A DNA stretch of 64,000 nt from Spirochaetia bacterium (GCA_963662795.1 OY759746.1:2688001-2752000); one strand, 5' to 3'; positions 1 to 10,679 are shown, counted from the first letter of the stretch. Program-made: numbers and translations. The notes: generated by a model not told the origin, from the sequence alone.

Positions 1-733
1 GGGCTTGCTTTATCCATTTTAAATATTTTTCTGCGGAAAGAGGATATTCCTTCCATTTTTTATCCGAAAACCTGAATGCGATATCATCAGAGAGCCTGTA
101 ATTTTTCAATAAGAGATTAAGGGTTGAATCCCCTGTTACACCTGCAGATCTATCTTCAGAGCCTGTTTTTACTGCACTGTGGTAAAGATAATTGGGAGAT
201 CTCCAGCCGAGATTGGTGTCAGCCCCTTCCGCCAGAATGTTTTTAAACCCTAGCTCTGCGGCAGAGGAAGCAATATCGTTATTGTAGATAAGCTCTGTGT
301 TTCTGAATGTGACAGGCTCTTCAGCGAAAAGGTCTGTGATTAAATTTTTGTGCTTTTCAACCTGTTTAATGAATTCTTCCCGTGAATATAAAAAGGCAAG
401 CGAGTGGTAATAAGTTTCTGATAGGAATTCAACGCAGCCTGTCTCGGCCAGTATTTTAAGAAGTCTTATAACTTCCGGATTATATTTCTGCAGCTGTTCA
501 ATTGCTGTACCTGTAATTGAAAAACTTAATCTGAATTTGCCCTTGTATTTATTTACAAGTTTGAGCATAAGCTTACATGCAGGTATATAGCAGTTTCTGC
601 TTACTTTACCGGTTATTTCCCTGTTAAGGTCATCATCTTCATAGAAATGATCAGAGCCGATACTGAAGAAATTGTAGTCTCTTTTAAGCCTTAGCGGCTG
701 ATGTATCTGAAAATATATGCAGAGTGATTTCAT
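1..733 (-). CDS. Glycoside hydrolase family 57 (alpha-amylase/glucanotransferase-like), truncated by the window edge
   Basis: Not in the ORF track. Manual translation from ATG at 733: MKSLCIYFQIHQPLRL...SFSITGTAIEQ...VEFLSETYYHSLA...FRNTELIY...LKNYRLSDDIAFRFS, with GH57 motifs HQP, ETYYH and RNTE. Frame stays open to position 1. Confidence 0.9.
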   Translation of the reverse strand, partial: MKSLCIYFQIHQPLRLKRDYNFFSIGSDHFYEDDDLNREITGKVSRNCYIPACKLMLKLVNKYKGKFRLSFSITGTAIEQLQKYNPEVIRLLKILAETGCVEFLSETYYHSLAFLYSREEFIKQVEKHKNLITDLFAEEPVTFRNTELIYNNDIASSAAELGFKNILAEGADTNLGWRSPNYLYHSAVKTGSEDRSAGVTGDSTLNLLLKNYRLSDDIAFRFSDKKWKEYPLSAEKYLKWIKQA

Positions 734-781
734 AAATAACTGCTTTTTCTCCCGTGCAGTGCTACTGCTGCTGAGAATATT

Positions 782-2110
782 TTATACAGCTGCTTTAGAG
801 CAGAGTGCATTGTATATACCGGATATTCTCCTGCCTGCCGCGTCCCAGCTGATGGTTTTCATATCTTCCCTGCATTTTTTTACAATATCCGCCCCTAGTT
901 CATCATCTTCAAGAAGGGAAACTATTGCTTTTGCGAGTTTATCTGTATCCCAGAAGTCTACCTTGTATGCATGTGTAAGGATTTCTGCGGCGCCTGACTG
1001 GTTTGATATTATAACAGGGACGTCATAAAGGAGCGCTTCAAAAGGCGACAGTCCGAAGGGCTCTGATACGGAAGGCATGATGTATAAATCGCTTATTGCA
1101 AATATTTTTTCCACTTCAGCGCCTCTTAGAAACCCGGTAAAATGAAACCTTTCCGCAATTTCATATTGGGCCATTTTTGTTATCATTCCAGGAAACAGGT
1201 CCCCATTGCCGCTCATGACAAATCTTACATTGTTCATCTTGTTAAGGACCTTGACGGCTGCTTCAAGAAAGTATTCCGGACCTTTCTGGGAAGTTATCCT
1301 TCCCAGAAAAAGAACTATCTTATCCCTGAAATTTTTTCTTATCTGGTAGCGGCTGAACTGGATATCCCTGCTTACCGCGTTATGCACAACTTCAATCTTG
1401 TCGGGATTTATACCGTATTTATTAATTACCATATTCTTTGTGTAATGACTTACAGTGATTATTTTGTCGGCGGTTTCCATCCCTTTTTTTTCAATTCTGA
1501 CAATGTCGGTATTTGCTCCTGACCATGATCTGTCATACTCGGTTGCGTGTACATGGATGACAAGGGGTTTGCCGCTGATTTTCTTTGCGCATATGCCGGC
1601 CGGGTATGTCATCCAGTCGTGGGCATGGATTATATCAAATGTTTCTTCAGCTCCAAGAGCTGTTCCTATAAAGCTGTAATTTATTACCTCATTGAAAAGA
1701 TTTTTACCGTAATTACCGGTAAAATGTATTATGCTTCCCTGATTTTTCTGATTTTCCATTAACGTTAGAATTTTTTCACTGTTTTCTGCGAGTCCGGGAG
1801 AATTCATTCCGGATGTTGTATACGATGTATAATACGGGGAAATAGAGCTGACTGTACATGGATTTTGTGCTGATTTTTTATCAATTTTACCTGATATTTT
1901 TTTTATCAATTCTTCAGCAGGATAGTATTTATCTGCAGAGATTACTTTAATCCTGCCGTCAAGTGATACTTTTCCACCCCTGTCGGAAGGAATTACGAAT
2001 GTAAGGTCGATACCACTTCTTGCAAGGCTGTCCGCAATACCTTTGCATGCAGTACCCAGTCCGCCGCTGATTGCAGGAGGCAGTTCCCAGCCAAGCATCA
2101 AAACCTTCAT
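782..2110 (-). CDS. Glycosyltransferase family 4 (glycogen/alpha-glucan synthase-like)
   Basis: MKVLMLGWELPPAISGGLG, HAHDWMT, HVHATEYDR, SVSEPFGLSPFEA. Likely start at ATG 2110. Upstream of the GH57 gene on the same strand. Confidence 0.9.
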   Translation of the reverse strand: MKVLMLGWELPPAISGGLGTACKGIADSLARSGIDLTFVIPSDRGGKVSLDGRIKVISADKYYPAEELIKKISGKIDKKSAQNPCTVSSISPYYTSYTTSGMNSPGLAENSEKILTLMENQKNQGSIIHFTGNYGKNLFNEVINYSFIGTALGAEETFDIIHAHDWMTYPAGICAKKISGKPLVIHVHATEYDRSWSGANTDIVRIEKKGMETADKIITVSHYTKNMVINKYGINPDKIEVVHNAVSRDIQFSRYQIRKNFRDKIVLFLGRITSQKGPEYFLEAAVKVLNKMNNVRFVMSGNGDLFPGMITKMAQYEIAERFHFTGFLRGAEVEKIFAISDLYIMPSVSEPFGLSPFEALLYDVPVIISNQSGAAEILTHAYKVDFWDTDKLAKAIVSLLEDDELGADIVKKCREDMKTISWDAAGRRISGIYNALCSKAAV

Positions 2111-2320
2111 TATTGACCCCTTTGCAGCTTTTTCCGTAACCGGAAATAACAGAGTTAATAAATTAAGCAGAAAAACTATGTATACATGAAATTTACTATT
2201 ACGAATTGCCGCATGCAAGGATTATACAATTATGAAAATATAAAATAAATAATGTTCATGATTATTTATACAAAAAAAACATAAAAAACATAAAAAAAAC
2301 GCATGACTGTCCGGTCGTAT

Positions 2321-3787
2321 TTATTTTTTCCCGTGCAGCAGGTCAAGACGTCTTATAAATTCTTTGATAATTATATCATAGAGTTTGTTTCCAAGAATCC
2401 TGTCTTCAACGCTTTCCTCTATACTCGGATTGTCATTTATCTCAATAATGCTGGGTTTACCGTTTATAACTTTTAAATCAACCCCATATAGACCGTTTCC
2501 AATAAGATTGGTCGCCTTCAGCGCGGCGCTGATAACCTTCTTCGGCGTGTCTGCGATGGAAAGAGTGTCTACGTTTCCGAATTCGGGAGCACCGCTGCCG
2601 TTATGGTTATAAATCTGCCAGTGTTCACGGGCCATGTGATATCTGCACACAAAAATAGGCTGGCTGTTCAAGACACCTACACGCCAGTCAAATTCTGTCG
2701 GAGTGAATGCCTGTACCAGGAGCAGTGCAGATTTTTTAAACAGTTCAGGGAGCGCCTTTTCGAGTTCATACTTTGTTTCATACTTAAATACGCCCAGGGA
2801 AAAAGAGCTGTCAGGAACTTTCAGAACACAGGGAAACCCGATTTCCTTTTCCACTTTTTTTACATTTCCGTGGCTGATAATTATTGTAGGAGGAGTGGGT
2901 ACCTTGTTTTTATGCATTACTTCAGTAAGGTAAATCTTGTTTGTGCACCTCAATATGGAAAGAGGGTCGTCAATAACTACAAGACCTGATGATTCCGCCC
3001 TGCGTGCGAATCTGTATGTATAATGGTTTACAGCAGTGGTATCTCTTATAAAAAGCGCGTCAAACCTGTCCAGTTGGGCTATGTCATCCTTTGAAATAAT
3101 TTCAACGCCTACGCCGTTTCTGTCTGCTGATTCAAGAAATTTCTCAATAGCATCATTATCAGAAGGAGGATTTGGATCTGACAGTGTTCTTAAGATTGCC
3201 ATTTCATATTTGTAGATTTTTTTCCCTCTGCTGTCCCTTGCAGATTTTCTTCCTACATAATCTATTATCCTCTGTACAGCAAAATCAATATGGCTTTCAT
3301 AGATATCCTTGATCGCGATAAGGCTGATCGAATCAAGCTGCCATTTGTTTTTTACTTTAAGGAAGCTTGCCTTGAAAAACGGGAGGGGAAAAACGTTATA
3401 AATCATGTTGGCAAGCCTGTTATGGCTTTTAGCTATATTTTTTCCGAAATATATGTTTAGCTCAAATGTCTCGCCATGTACTCTTTTGAGGCTTTTCTGT
3501 ATCTGTGTATCAAGATCGTGGGATGCCCGTTTTATGATTATGCTCTGTTTCAGGTCCTGAGTTGCCTTTACGGAAGGGATAGGGTAGTGCCCTCGTGCTG
3601 CAGCTATCAGTGAAACATAATATCCTATTGACTGATATTTGTATGATTTGCAAAGGTTAAGAACTTTTACGTTTTTTAAATAACTGAAAGACTCATCAGT
3701 AAGATAATCACTGGCTTTAATAATATCCGCACCGGGAATATTAAGTTTCCAGCCGGAAGGGTTCTCAAGAACCAGAATAGTATTCAT
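2321..3787 (-). CDS. RimK-family ATP-grasp ligase with N-terminal RLAN-type domain
   Basis: N-terminal NLCKSYKYQSIGYYVSLIAAARGH; ATP-grasp motifs LFIRDTT, CTNKIYL, VLKVPDSSFSLGV, DWRVGVL, YGVDLK, IEINDNP. Confidence 0.85.
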   Translation of the reverse strand: MNTILVLENPSGWKLNIPGADIIKASDYLTDESFSYLKNVKVLNLCKSYKYQSIGYYVSLIAAARGHYPIPSVKATQDLKQSIIIKRASHDLDTQIQKSLKRVHGETFELNIYFGKNIAKSHNRLANMIYNVFPLPFFKASFLKVKNKWQLDSISLIAIKDIYESHIDFAVQRIIDYVGRKSARDSRGKKIYKYEMAILRTLSDPNPPSDNDAIEKFLESADRNGVGVEIISKDDIAQLDRFDALFIRDTTAVNHYTYRFARRAESSGLVVIDDPLSILRCTNKIYLTEVMHKNKVPTPPTIIISHGNVKKVEKEIGFPCVLKVPDSSFSLGVFKYETKYELEKALPELFKKSALLLVQAFTPTEFDWRVGVLNSQPIFVCRYHMAREHWQIYNHNGSGAPEFGNVDTLSIADTPKKVISAALKATNLIGNGLYGVDLKVINGKPSIIEINDNPSIEESVEDRILGNKLYDIIIKEFIRRLDLLHGKK

Positions 3788-3959
3788 TTCATTCCTTTTC
3801 TGTACTTACTCCGTGCTGCACAGAAATATCATTTTTAAAGTTTTCCTTGAAAATATTTTTATAACTATGAATTGTGATTGTCAACCTTTTAGTTCTCTTT
3901 TATCAGTCTTTATAAAAAGTTTTTTTTAAAAATTCTCATTTTCATGATATAAAACTATT

Positions 3960-4268
3960 ATGCCAATACAGATCAATTGCAGACCCGGATGCGGCGCCTG
4001 CTGCATTTTTATTTCCATTACATCGTATATTCCAGGTATGCCAGTGGGAAAACCGGCAGGTGTCAGATGCGTTAATCTTAATGATAATAACCTCTGTACT
4101 CTCTTCGGAAAGGAAAACCGGCCGAAGGTATGCATATCCTTAAGACCGGAACCTCAAATGTGCGGCAGAAATCCTTTAGATGCTGAAAAATATCTTACAA
4201 TGCTTGAGAATGAGACAACCCCTTCTGCTGAAGAAATTCAGCAATCAGAATTTATCAAAATCACATGA
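3960..4268 (+). CDS. YkgJ-family cysteine cluster (Zn/Fe-S) protein
   Basis: CRPGCGACC...KPAGVRCVNL...CTLFG...RPKVC. Confidence 0.85.
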   Translation: MPIQINCRPGCGACCIFISITSYIPGMPVGKPAGVRCVNLNDNNLCTLFGKENRPKVCISLRPEPQMCGRNPLDAEKYLTMLENETTPSAEEIQQSEFIKIT

Positions 4269-4791
4269 TCTCATTGGTTTTTTCCTCTGCTACACCTGAA
4301 AGTTTATATCCGGGCGCCAGATTGAAGAGCCTTTTTATGCTTTCATCCTCGTTTTCCCAGGCTTTAATCACCTTTGCTGTAACAATGATATGGTCTCCCG
4401 CGACATATTCCGATTCAAGGAGGCATTCGAAGTTTGCCGCGCTGTTTTCCAGTATAAGGCTGTCAACCAATTCAGCTTTGGCGGTTTTGAGCGGCTTAAG
4501 TGAGAATTTATCTGTATCCCGTCCTGTTTTTGTACCGTAAAAGAGCACTTCATCCGCCATAAGAGTTGACGGAAATGATATAACAAACTCACCCTTGCGC
4601 CTGATTGCCTCAAGCGAATAACGCTTATGGGACAGTGAAAAAGCAAATATAAGGGGATCTTTAGATGCTGTCATTGCCCAGCTGCATGGAGTAGGGTTAT
4701 ATTTCCCTTTTCTGTCTTTTACAATAATCAGTATAACCGGTTCCGGATATTTTCTTTTGACCGCTGATGCAGTTTCGCTGACTTTCTGCAT
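4261..4791 (-). CDS. Flavin reductase-like family protein
   Basis: YPEPVILI, GTKTGRDTDKF, NFECLL, AGDHIIV. Confidence 0.85.
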   Translation of the reverse strand: MQKVSETASAVKRKYPEPVILIIVKDRKGKYNPTPCSWAMTASKDPLIFAFSLSHKRYSLEAIRRKGEFVISFPSTLMADEVLFYGTKTGRDTDKFSLKPLKTAKAELVDSLILENSAANFECLLESEYVAGDHIIVTAKVIKAWENEDESIKRLFNLAPGYKLSGVAEEKTNEIM

Positions 4792-4805
4792 TTGAGATTC
4801 CTTTG

Positions 4806-6812
4806 TTATTTTTTAAATATTGCATTAATATCTTCAAACATTTTCTTCGTTCTGTCCACATCCGGTATTGCATCCATTGTGTAATTGTTTAAAAGATTTA
4901 CCGGAAGTTCTTCGAGAAACCGTGATGGTCTTGAATCAATAATATCACGCAGATATCGTCTCTGCCTGCAGGAAGTTATAAAAAGTTTTTTCCGTGCCCT
5001 TGTGATTGCGACATAAAAAAGTCGTCTTTCTTCTTCAATGTTGCTTTCATTTTCTTCGATTGCGCGCGCGTGAGGTATTATTGAGTCTTCAACTCCCGCA
5101 AGGAATACTATATCAAACTCAAGGCCCTTGGCCGCATGTATTGTCATCAGGTTTACTTTCCCCTGCTCATTGTCGTCGATATCATCCCGGGTGATGAGTG
5201 TTATCCTGTTCAGGTACTTGAAAATATCAGGATCAATATTATCGGGGTCGCTTTCCCACCTTTCAAGCAGGTCTGTGAATATTTTTATATTTTTGAATTT
5301 CCATTTTGCCACTTTTTCATTTTTCTGATATTCATTAACAAGATAGCCCCAGTAATCGATATTCTCAACAAATTCTTCGAGGGTTTTTGCCATCTTTTTT
5401 CCTGATAAAAATCTTGACCTGAAAAAACCGGTTAGATCAAGAAATTCCTGGAGCGACCCTTTTATTTTATCTGAAAGCCCATGCTCATTTGAATGACAGA
5501 TTGCGCTGATTGCGGAATAAAGCGAACATTTTTTGTTTTTCGCAATTGTGCTGATAACTTCAACAGATTTTTTTCCAATTCCCCGTCTTGGAGTATTTAT
5601 TATTCTGAGCAGGTTAACATCGTCATCAGGGTTTGTCATAATTCTTAAATACGCGATAAGATCTTTTACTTCCTGCCGCTGGAAAAAACTTGTTCCGCCT
5701 GAAACCTTGTATGGAATACCTGCACCCAGGAGAGCGTCTTCAATTGAAGCGGCAAGGCTGTTTGTCCTTATAAGTATTCCGAAACTGTGGTAATTGAGGT
5801 TTTCCTGTTTTTTATGGTATTTTATCATCTCCGCGATAAAATCGCTCTCCCGTGAATCATTTTCAGGGTAATATATTTCTATAAGGTTTCCGCTTTCTGT
5901 TCCTGTCCAGAGTTCTTTTGCTTTCCTGTTCTTATTGTTTGAGATAAGTGTGTTTGCAGCTTTAAGTATATTGCCTGAAGACCTGTAGTTCTGCTCAAGC
6001 TTTATTTCTTCCACCTCGGGAAAGTCCTTCTCATATTGAAGAATATTGGAATAATCAGCCCCGCGCCATGAATAGATTGACTGGTCATCATCCCCGACAG
6101 CGCAGATGTTCCTCGATTTTTCCGCGAGGAGCTGCACCAGGTTATACTGTATCCGGGAAGTGTCCTGGAATTCATCAACCATAATGTATTTGTATTTTTC
6201 CCTGTATTTCTCAAGGATATCGCTGTTTTCCCTGAAGAGTTTTAGGGGGAGGGTAATAAGGTCGTCAAAATCGACTGCGTTATAGACTTTAAGGTGGTCA
6301 AGATACTCTTCGTATATATCCTTGTATTCCTGTGTATTTTCCGTCCACTTTGCAAGACCTGTTTTTATGGATGAAAATATTGATGAAAGGCTGTAAAGAT
6401 CAAGCGAGTTGGGATCGATCTTAAGCTCCCTTGCAGTGCTTTTAATAAGCGAAATTTTATCTGTCTGGTCATAAATGCTGAAATTTGTCCTGTACCCGAG
6501 TCTCTCGATTTCTTCACGGAGAATTTTTACCCCGAACGCATGGAATGTGGATACTGTGAGGTTTGTCAGCTTTTTACCTGTAATCTTTTTTACCCGCTCT
6601 TCCATTTCTCTTGCAGCCTTGTTTGTAAAGGTAAGGGCCAGGATGGAAGCCTGCAGTATTCCCTGTGATAGCATATATGCCATCCGGTAGGTGATTGTCC
6701 TTGTTTTCCCTGATCCGGCACCTGCTATTATCAAAAGAGGCCCTTCTATTGTTGTAACAGTTTTTAACTGCTGCGGGTTGAGCTGTTTTTTTACTTCATC
6801 AAGATTGAACAT
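4806..6812 (-). CDS. ATP-dependent DNA helicase, UvrD/PcrA/Rep family
   Basis: LNPQQ, AGAGSGKT, TFTNKAAREM, VDEFQD, VGDDDQSIYSWRGA, LEQNYRS, MTIHAAKGLEF, EERRLFYVAITRA. True start is probably ATG 6812 (MFNLDE), coupled to the upstream stop. Confidence 0.93.
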   Translation of the reverse strand: MFNLDEVKKQLNPQQLKTVTTIEGPLLIIAGAGSGKTRTITYRMAYMLSQGILQASILALTFTNKAAREMEERVKKITGKKLTNLTVSTFHAFGVKILREEIERLGYRTNFSIYDQTDKISLIKSTARELKIDPNSLDLYSLSSIFSSIKTGLAKWTENTQEYKDIYEEYLDHLKVYNAVDFDDLITLPLKLFRENSDILEKYREKYKYIMVDEFQDTSRIQYNLVQLLAEKSRNICAVGDDDQSIYSWRGADYSNILQYEKDFPEVEEIKLEQNYRSSGNILKAANTLISNNKNRKAKELWTGTESGNLIEIYYPENDSRESDFIAEMIKYHKKQENLNYHSFGILIRTNSLAASIEDALLGAGIPYKVSGGTSFFQRQEVKDLIAYLRIMTNPDDDVNLLRIINTPRRGIGKKSVEVISTIAKNKKCSLYSAISAICHSNEHGLSDKIKGSLQEFLDLTGFFRSRFLSGKKMAKTLEEFVENIDYWGYLVNEYQKNEKVAKWKFKNIKIFTDLLERWESDPDNIDPDIFKYLNRITLITRDDIDDNEQGKVNLMTIHAAKGLEFDIVFLAGVEDSIIPHARAIEENESNIEEERRLFYVAITRARKKLFITSCRQRRYLRDIIDSRPSRFLEELPVNLLNNYTMDAIPDVDRTKKMFEDINAIFKK

Positions 6813-7297
6813 CAGATAAAGACCCTTTTTGTGAGAAACGAGAAGGTTTCTACACCGAAAAAAGCGACAAGCGAAACAATAATACCTGCAATCACAACTC
6901 CCGCGCTTACTGACAGCATTGTTTTTCTTTTCCCGAGTCCCAGCACCCACGCGCCCATGGTTCCTGTATAGGCACCGGTTACAGGCAGGGGTATCGCAAC
7001 AAAGAGCATTATGCCTATGTACCCGTATTTTTCTATACTGGATTTTACTTTGTTTCGCGTTTTGACTACCAGTTTTTCAAAAATGATGTTATACCAGCTG
7101 AATCTTGTAAAAAGCCGGTGAAATGTTGCGATAAAAAAGTAAAACAGCGGCGCGACAAGCATATTAAAGCCCACGCAGTAGATATATGCGAACAGCGGGT
7201 CTGCCTTTTTAGCGAGGGCGTAGGGAATTGCCCCCCTGAGTTCTGATATCGGCAGAAGGGATAAAAGCGCTGTAAAAATGAGGTCGGTTTGAGTCAA
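6812..7297 (-). CDS. Small multi-drug export protein family (COG2426) membrane protein
   Basis: LPISELRGAIP and FVAIPLPVTGAYTG motifs; hydrophobic; TTG start with GGAG RBS. Confidence 0.85.
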   Translation of the reverse strand: MTQTDLIFTALLSLLPISELRGAIPYALAKKADPLFAYIYCVGFNMLVAPLFYFFIATFHRLFTRFSWYNIIFEKLVVKTRNKVKSSIEKYGYIGIMLFVAIPLPVTGAYTGTMGAWVLGLGKRKTMLSVSAGVVIAGIIVSLVAFFGVETFSFLTKRVFI

Positions 7298-7430
7298 ATC
7301 AGGAATCTCCTTACAGGTGAGGATTTTAACCCGCCAGGATTTTTTTGGGAATATGGTTAGAGAGGAAAAACAGATAAAGTTATTCCTCTCTCTGTTTTTA
7401 CTTTTAAAAGGCAGAAGGGAGCGGGGCGGG

Positions 7431-8570
7431 TCAGCCCTTTCCAGGGAAAAGGAGCTTTTTTATGCTGATGGCCTTCGCGGGGCATATCTCATGGCAACAG
7501 TAGCAGTTGATGCATTTTTTATAGTCTATGTGCACCCTGCTGTCGGGCCCGGTCGGAAGGGTCAGGGCTCCTGCCGGGCATATCCTTACGCAGTAGCCGC
7601 ACTCAATGCATTTATCGTGATCAAAAACAGGACGCGGAATGGTAAACCTTTTCAGTATCTCGAAAAAGAGGGGCGGCATTTTATCCTTAAACATAGATGC
7701 GTCTTTTAATATCTTTATCCTGTCAAAATCCTTTACAACAAGGTCTTCGATTTTTTCTCCCCTTATTTCAAAGCCGGCAACACTGTCGAGCCAGTATTTT
7801 CTCTCAAGCGCGTCAGTTATTACAGGAAGGTCAAGCGGGTTATAGCCCATAATGGAGGAGGCAGCGATATCAAGGGCAAGGGGATTTGAGGACGCGAGGA
7901 TCACCCCAGTCTGACGGGGAGAGCCGCTTCCGGGGCCGTGCCCTTCCATTGCTGTTATCCCGTCCATAATGGAATAGACATTTTTTACCGCGAGGTTTAA
8001 GTCTACAATCATGCGGGCGAAAAGATTCCTTTCTGAAAAGCGGAGGTGAAAGGAAGCTTTTTTTAATCCCGGAATGAGGCCGAAAATATTTTTCATTGCC
8101 CCGGTATAATAAAGGAGCTGATGCGTTTTCATCTTGGGAAGTGAAACTATAACATCCGCCTTTTTTATTACAGAAGCAAGATTAAAGCTTTTGACAAGTT
8201 TACCTGAAGGGTTCTTTACTGTAACGGAATCGGAAAAATCAACCCATGTACCGCCAGCGCTTGTAACAGCTTCCATAATGCCGGATTTTTTTCCTCCGGC
8301 ATCAGATGAGTGGTAGCCCGGAGAATCTCCTGCGAGCACCTCTCTGGCGCCGAGCTCGAGGAAGAGGAGAACGCACTGTTTTACAAATTCAGGGTGTGTT
8401 GTAACTGCCTTTTCAGGCGCTGAAGCTGACAGGATATTGGGCTTTAGTAGTACTGTTTTCCCTTTGACGTCAGGAAGGTCCCCCGACAGCTTTACCGCCT
8501 CCCTGATGGAAGATGCAAGCTGTGAAGGAGAATACGAGGCGCATCTGACAGCTGAGGTAATTCTGTTCAA
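7431..8570 (-). CDS. DUF362 domain protein with C-terminal 2x[4Fe-4S] ferredoxin domain
   Basis: VLLKPNIL, TTHPEFV, LPKMKTH, GAMKN, MEGHGPGSG; CIECGYCVRICP and CINCYCCHEICP. TTG start at 8570 has a GGAG RBS; the ORF track extends to 8645. Confidence 0.88.
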   Translation of the reverse strand: MNRITSAVRCASYSPSQLASSIREAVKLSGDLPDVKGKTVLLKPNILSASAPEKAVTTHPEFVKQCVLLFLELGAREVLAGDSPGYHSSDAGGKKSGIMEAVTSAGGTWVDFSDSVTVKNPSGKLVKSFNLASVIKKADVIVSLPKMKTHQLLYYTGAMKNIFGLIPGLKKASFHLRFSERNLFARMIVDLNLAVKNVYSIMDGITAMEGHGPGSGSPRQTGVILASSNPLALDIAASSIMGYNPLDLPVITDALERKYWLDSVAGFEIRGEKIEDLVVKDFDRIKILKDASMFKDKMPPLFFEILKRFTIPRPVFDHDKCIECGYCVRICPAGALTLPTGPDSRVHIDYKKCINCYCCHEICPAKAISIKKLLFPGKG

Positions 8571-8648
8571 TTTTTTTTCTCCATTTTCAGGTGTAGTTTT
8601 TAAATATCTTTTAAAGACTATATATGGTATTAAACATGTCTGCAATAA

Positions 8649-10589
8649 TTAAAAATAATATCCGGCAGATAATCCGTATGCAAGATTGCTTAAGTCGGCA
8701 ACCTCGCCCGCAATCATTGTGCCGATGCTGAATCTTTTCCACGCGTAACTGTACTTTAATGCCGTAATTGTCATACCCTCAATCGGTACAACAATAAACC
8801 CCACGCTGTGTATTACAGTGTCAGGATCCTTTGTCCATGCCGCTGTCAGAAGAGGGAAAGCCCCTTCACTAAAGCCTAATACTGACAGGCCGAAATATCC
8901 TGTTTTCGTAAATTTGCAGAGGAACCCTGCATCTAATGTTAGAGAAAGCTCCCTGTTATCGTCAGAAGGTATGGATAAAAACCCGATCTGGGCAGGGAAA
9001 AGCCATTTGTTGCGGTTTTCATCAGTCTGAATTTTATTTCCCTTCCCTCCGAAATTGTAGCCGTACCCAATGAGTATTTCTGATGTGTATGTTGAAAGAT
9101 TAAAATCTCCATCATCGTCTTCAATACTATCGTAGTATCCGTATTCAAGCAGAGATGCGGATGAAACTCTCATACCGAGGCTGAAAACATGTCTTTTTAT
9201 TTTAAGGCTGTATTCAAGTCCTGCCAGTATCCCCATTGTATCATCTGCGAGGTCATAATAATTAATATCAGGGATAAGATCACCTGCTTCTTCCATACCG
9301 CCTCCCCTTTCATATGTGTCCCGGTAAAAGAGTCCCAAAAGGAAGCCGAATCTGCCGAAATCGGTTTTATACATATATTTCAGCATAAGAGGGATCTCTG
9401 TTGTTTTCATATATTCAGTTTCTCCTCCATCTTTATAGAAAACAAGCTCCTTCCTGTTATATTCAGTCCTCAGGCTTATATTGTTTAAAATCTGGTATTC
9501 AAGGAAAAAACCTGCAACCGGAGACAGGTTTTTCTGCGAATTTACTTCATCCAGATCAAATACATTCTCTACATTGTTCTCATTGCTTTCTGTCTCGTTG
9601 ATCCTGCTGTTGCCTGCCCCTGCATGAAACCCGATAATAATTTCCCGTTTATCAGGAACCGGTTTTGCATCGAGTTCTGTTTCCCACGCCGCCCGTTCAT
9701 TTCTGTATTTATCGCGCAGTTCTGAAAGGCTAAGATTATAGGGGGTGTCGATAAGGAGCGATTCAATTTTATTGTAGGCATCAACTACCTTATCCTTTCT
9801 CGAAGTTTTATCCCTGTTTTTTTCAATTATTTTATCGAAATCTGAAAGAACCTCCTGCTCATCCTCAAGAAGGTAGGGGATTACGAGTGAAATTCTGCTT
9901 TCCGCCCCTTCCCTTACAGTTATTTTTTCCGTATGGATAACGTATGTACCTGTCATCCTGTTCTGTTTAATCTGTACGATCCGCTCTCCGGTCAGCACCT
10001 GCCTGAATGAATCTGTATCGGCAGGGTATTCCTCACCGTCAATAAAGGGGATAAACGAGCCCTTGTCCGATGCAAATGTTATTGCTATTGATCCGAATGC
10101 GATATGGCGGCCGCTGAAACCCTCGATAAGTGAAAAGGTTATCCTGTCTGTTGTGCTGAATATATCGAGCGCCGATTCCGCTTTTTCTTTTCTTGTTATA
10201 GTTGTTTTTTCCGCCTCTCGACTGAATACCGACATTTCAATTGTAAAAGAATCATCCCTTTCCTGGACCGCCCTGCCGTAAACAAGATTATCAATTTTTT
10301 CTCTTGTGCAGTACGCAAGCATCTCTTCCCTTGAGTATCCGGCAAGGGGCGCCGGATCCTTTACATATTCATATTCGTTCATGAACCTGAGTATCAGTCC
10401 TGCCGTATCTGTCACCCTGCCTGATATAATGTTGAGCTGAATATTGTTTTTATCCGCGATTGAAACAGGAATCACAGCTACCCTCGGTTTTACCTCCTGG
10501 GCTTCCAGTCTGTCCGGGAATGGGGTAGCGGCCGCAAGCGCTGAAAATATGAATGCTGCAACAATAATTCTGATTGATTTGTATTTCAT
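8649..10589 (-). CDS. Secreted/outer-membrane protein with probable C-terminal beta-barrel region
   Basis: Signal peptide MKYKSIRIIVAAFIFSALAAA; alternating amphipathic strands; ends YGLSAGYYF (terminal Phe). ATG 10589 has a GGAG RBS. Confidence 0.6.
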   Translation of the reverse strand: MKYKSIRIIVAAFIFSALAAATPFPDRLEAQEVKPRVAVIPVSIADKNNIQLNIISGRVTDTAGLILRFMNEYEYVKDPAPLAGYSREEMLAYCTREKIDNLVYGRAVQERDDSFTIEMSVFSREAEKTTITRKEKAESALDIFSTTDRITFSLIEGFSGRHIAFGSIAITFASDKGSFIPFIDGEEYPADTDSFRQVLTGERIVQIKQNRMTGTYVIHTEKITVREGAESRISLVIPYLLEDEQEVLSDFDKIIEKNRDKTSRKDKVVDAYNKIESLLIDTPYNLSLSELRDKYRNERAAWETELDAKPVPDKREIIIGFHAGAGNSRINETESNENNVENVFDLDEVNSQKNLSPVAGFFLEYQILNNISLRTEYNRKELVFYKDGGETEYMKTTEIPLMLKYMYKTDFGRFGFLLGLFYRDTYERGGGMEEAGDLIPDINYYDLADDTMGILAGLEYSLKIKRHVFSLGMRVSSASLLEYGYYDSIEDDDGDFNLSTYTSEILIGYGYNFGGKGNKIQTDENRNKWLFPAQIGFLSIPSDDNRELSLTLDAGFLCKFTKTGYFGLSVLGFSEGAFPLLTAAWTKDPDTVIHSVGFIVVPIEGMTITALKYSYAWKRFSIGTMIAGEVADLSNLAYGLSAGYYF

Positions 10590-10679
10590 AGCAGAGCTCC
10601 TTATGTCATCCGCAGTTTCAGCTGTCGGATATGGCATATACCTGTTTAAGTATTAATTCTATCATAAATATGGTGACGA

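Noticed and set aside
2272-2300. Short A-rich tandem repeat (AAAAAACAT-like units)
   Set aside because: Low-complexity intergenic sequence with only about three degenerate units; no supportable function.
6813-6950. N-terminal Cys-rich extension of the UvrD ORF
   Set aside because: It overlaps the upstream membrane-protein gene; the true start is most likely ATG 6812.
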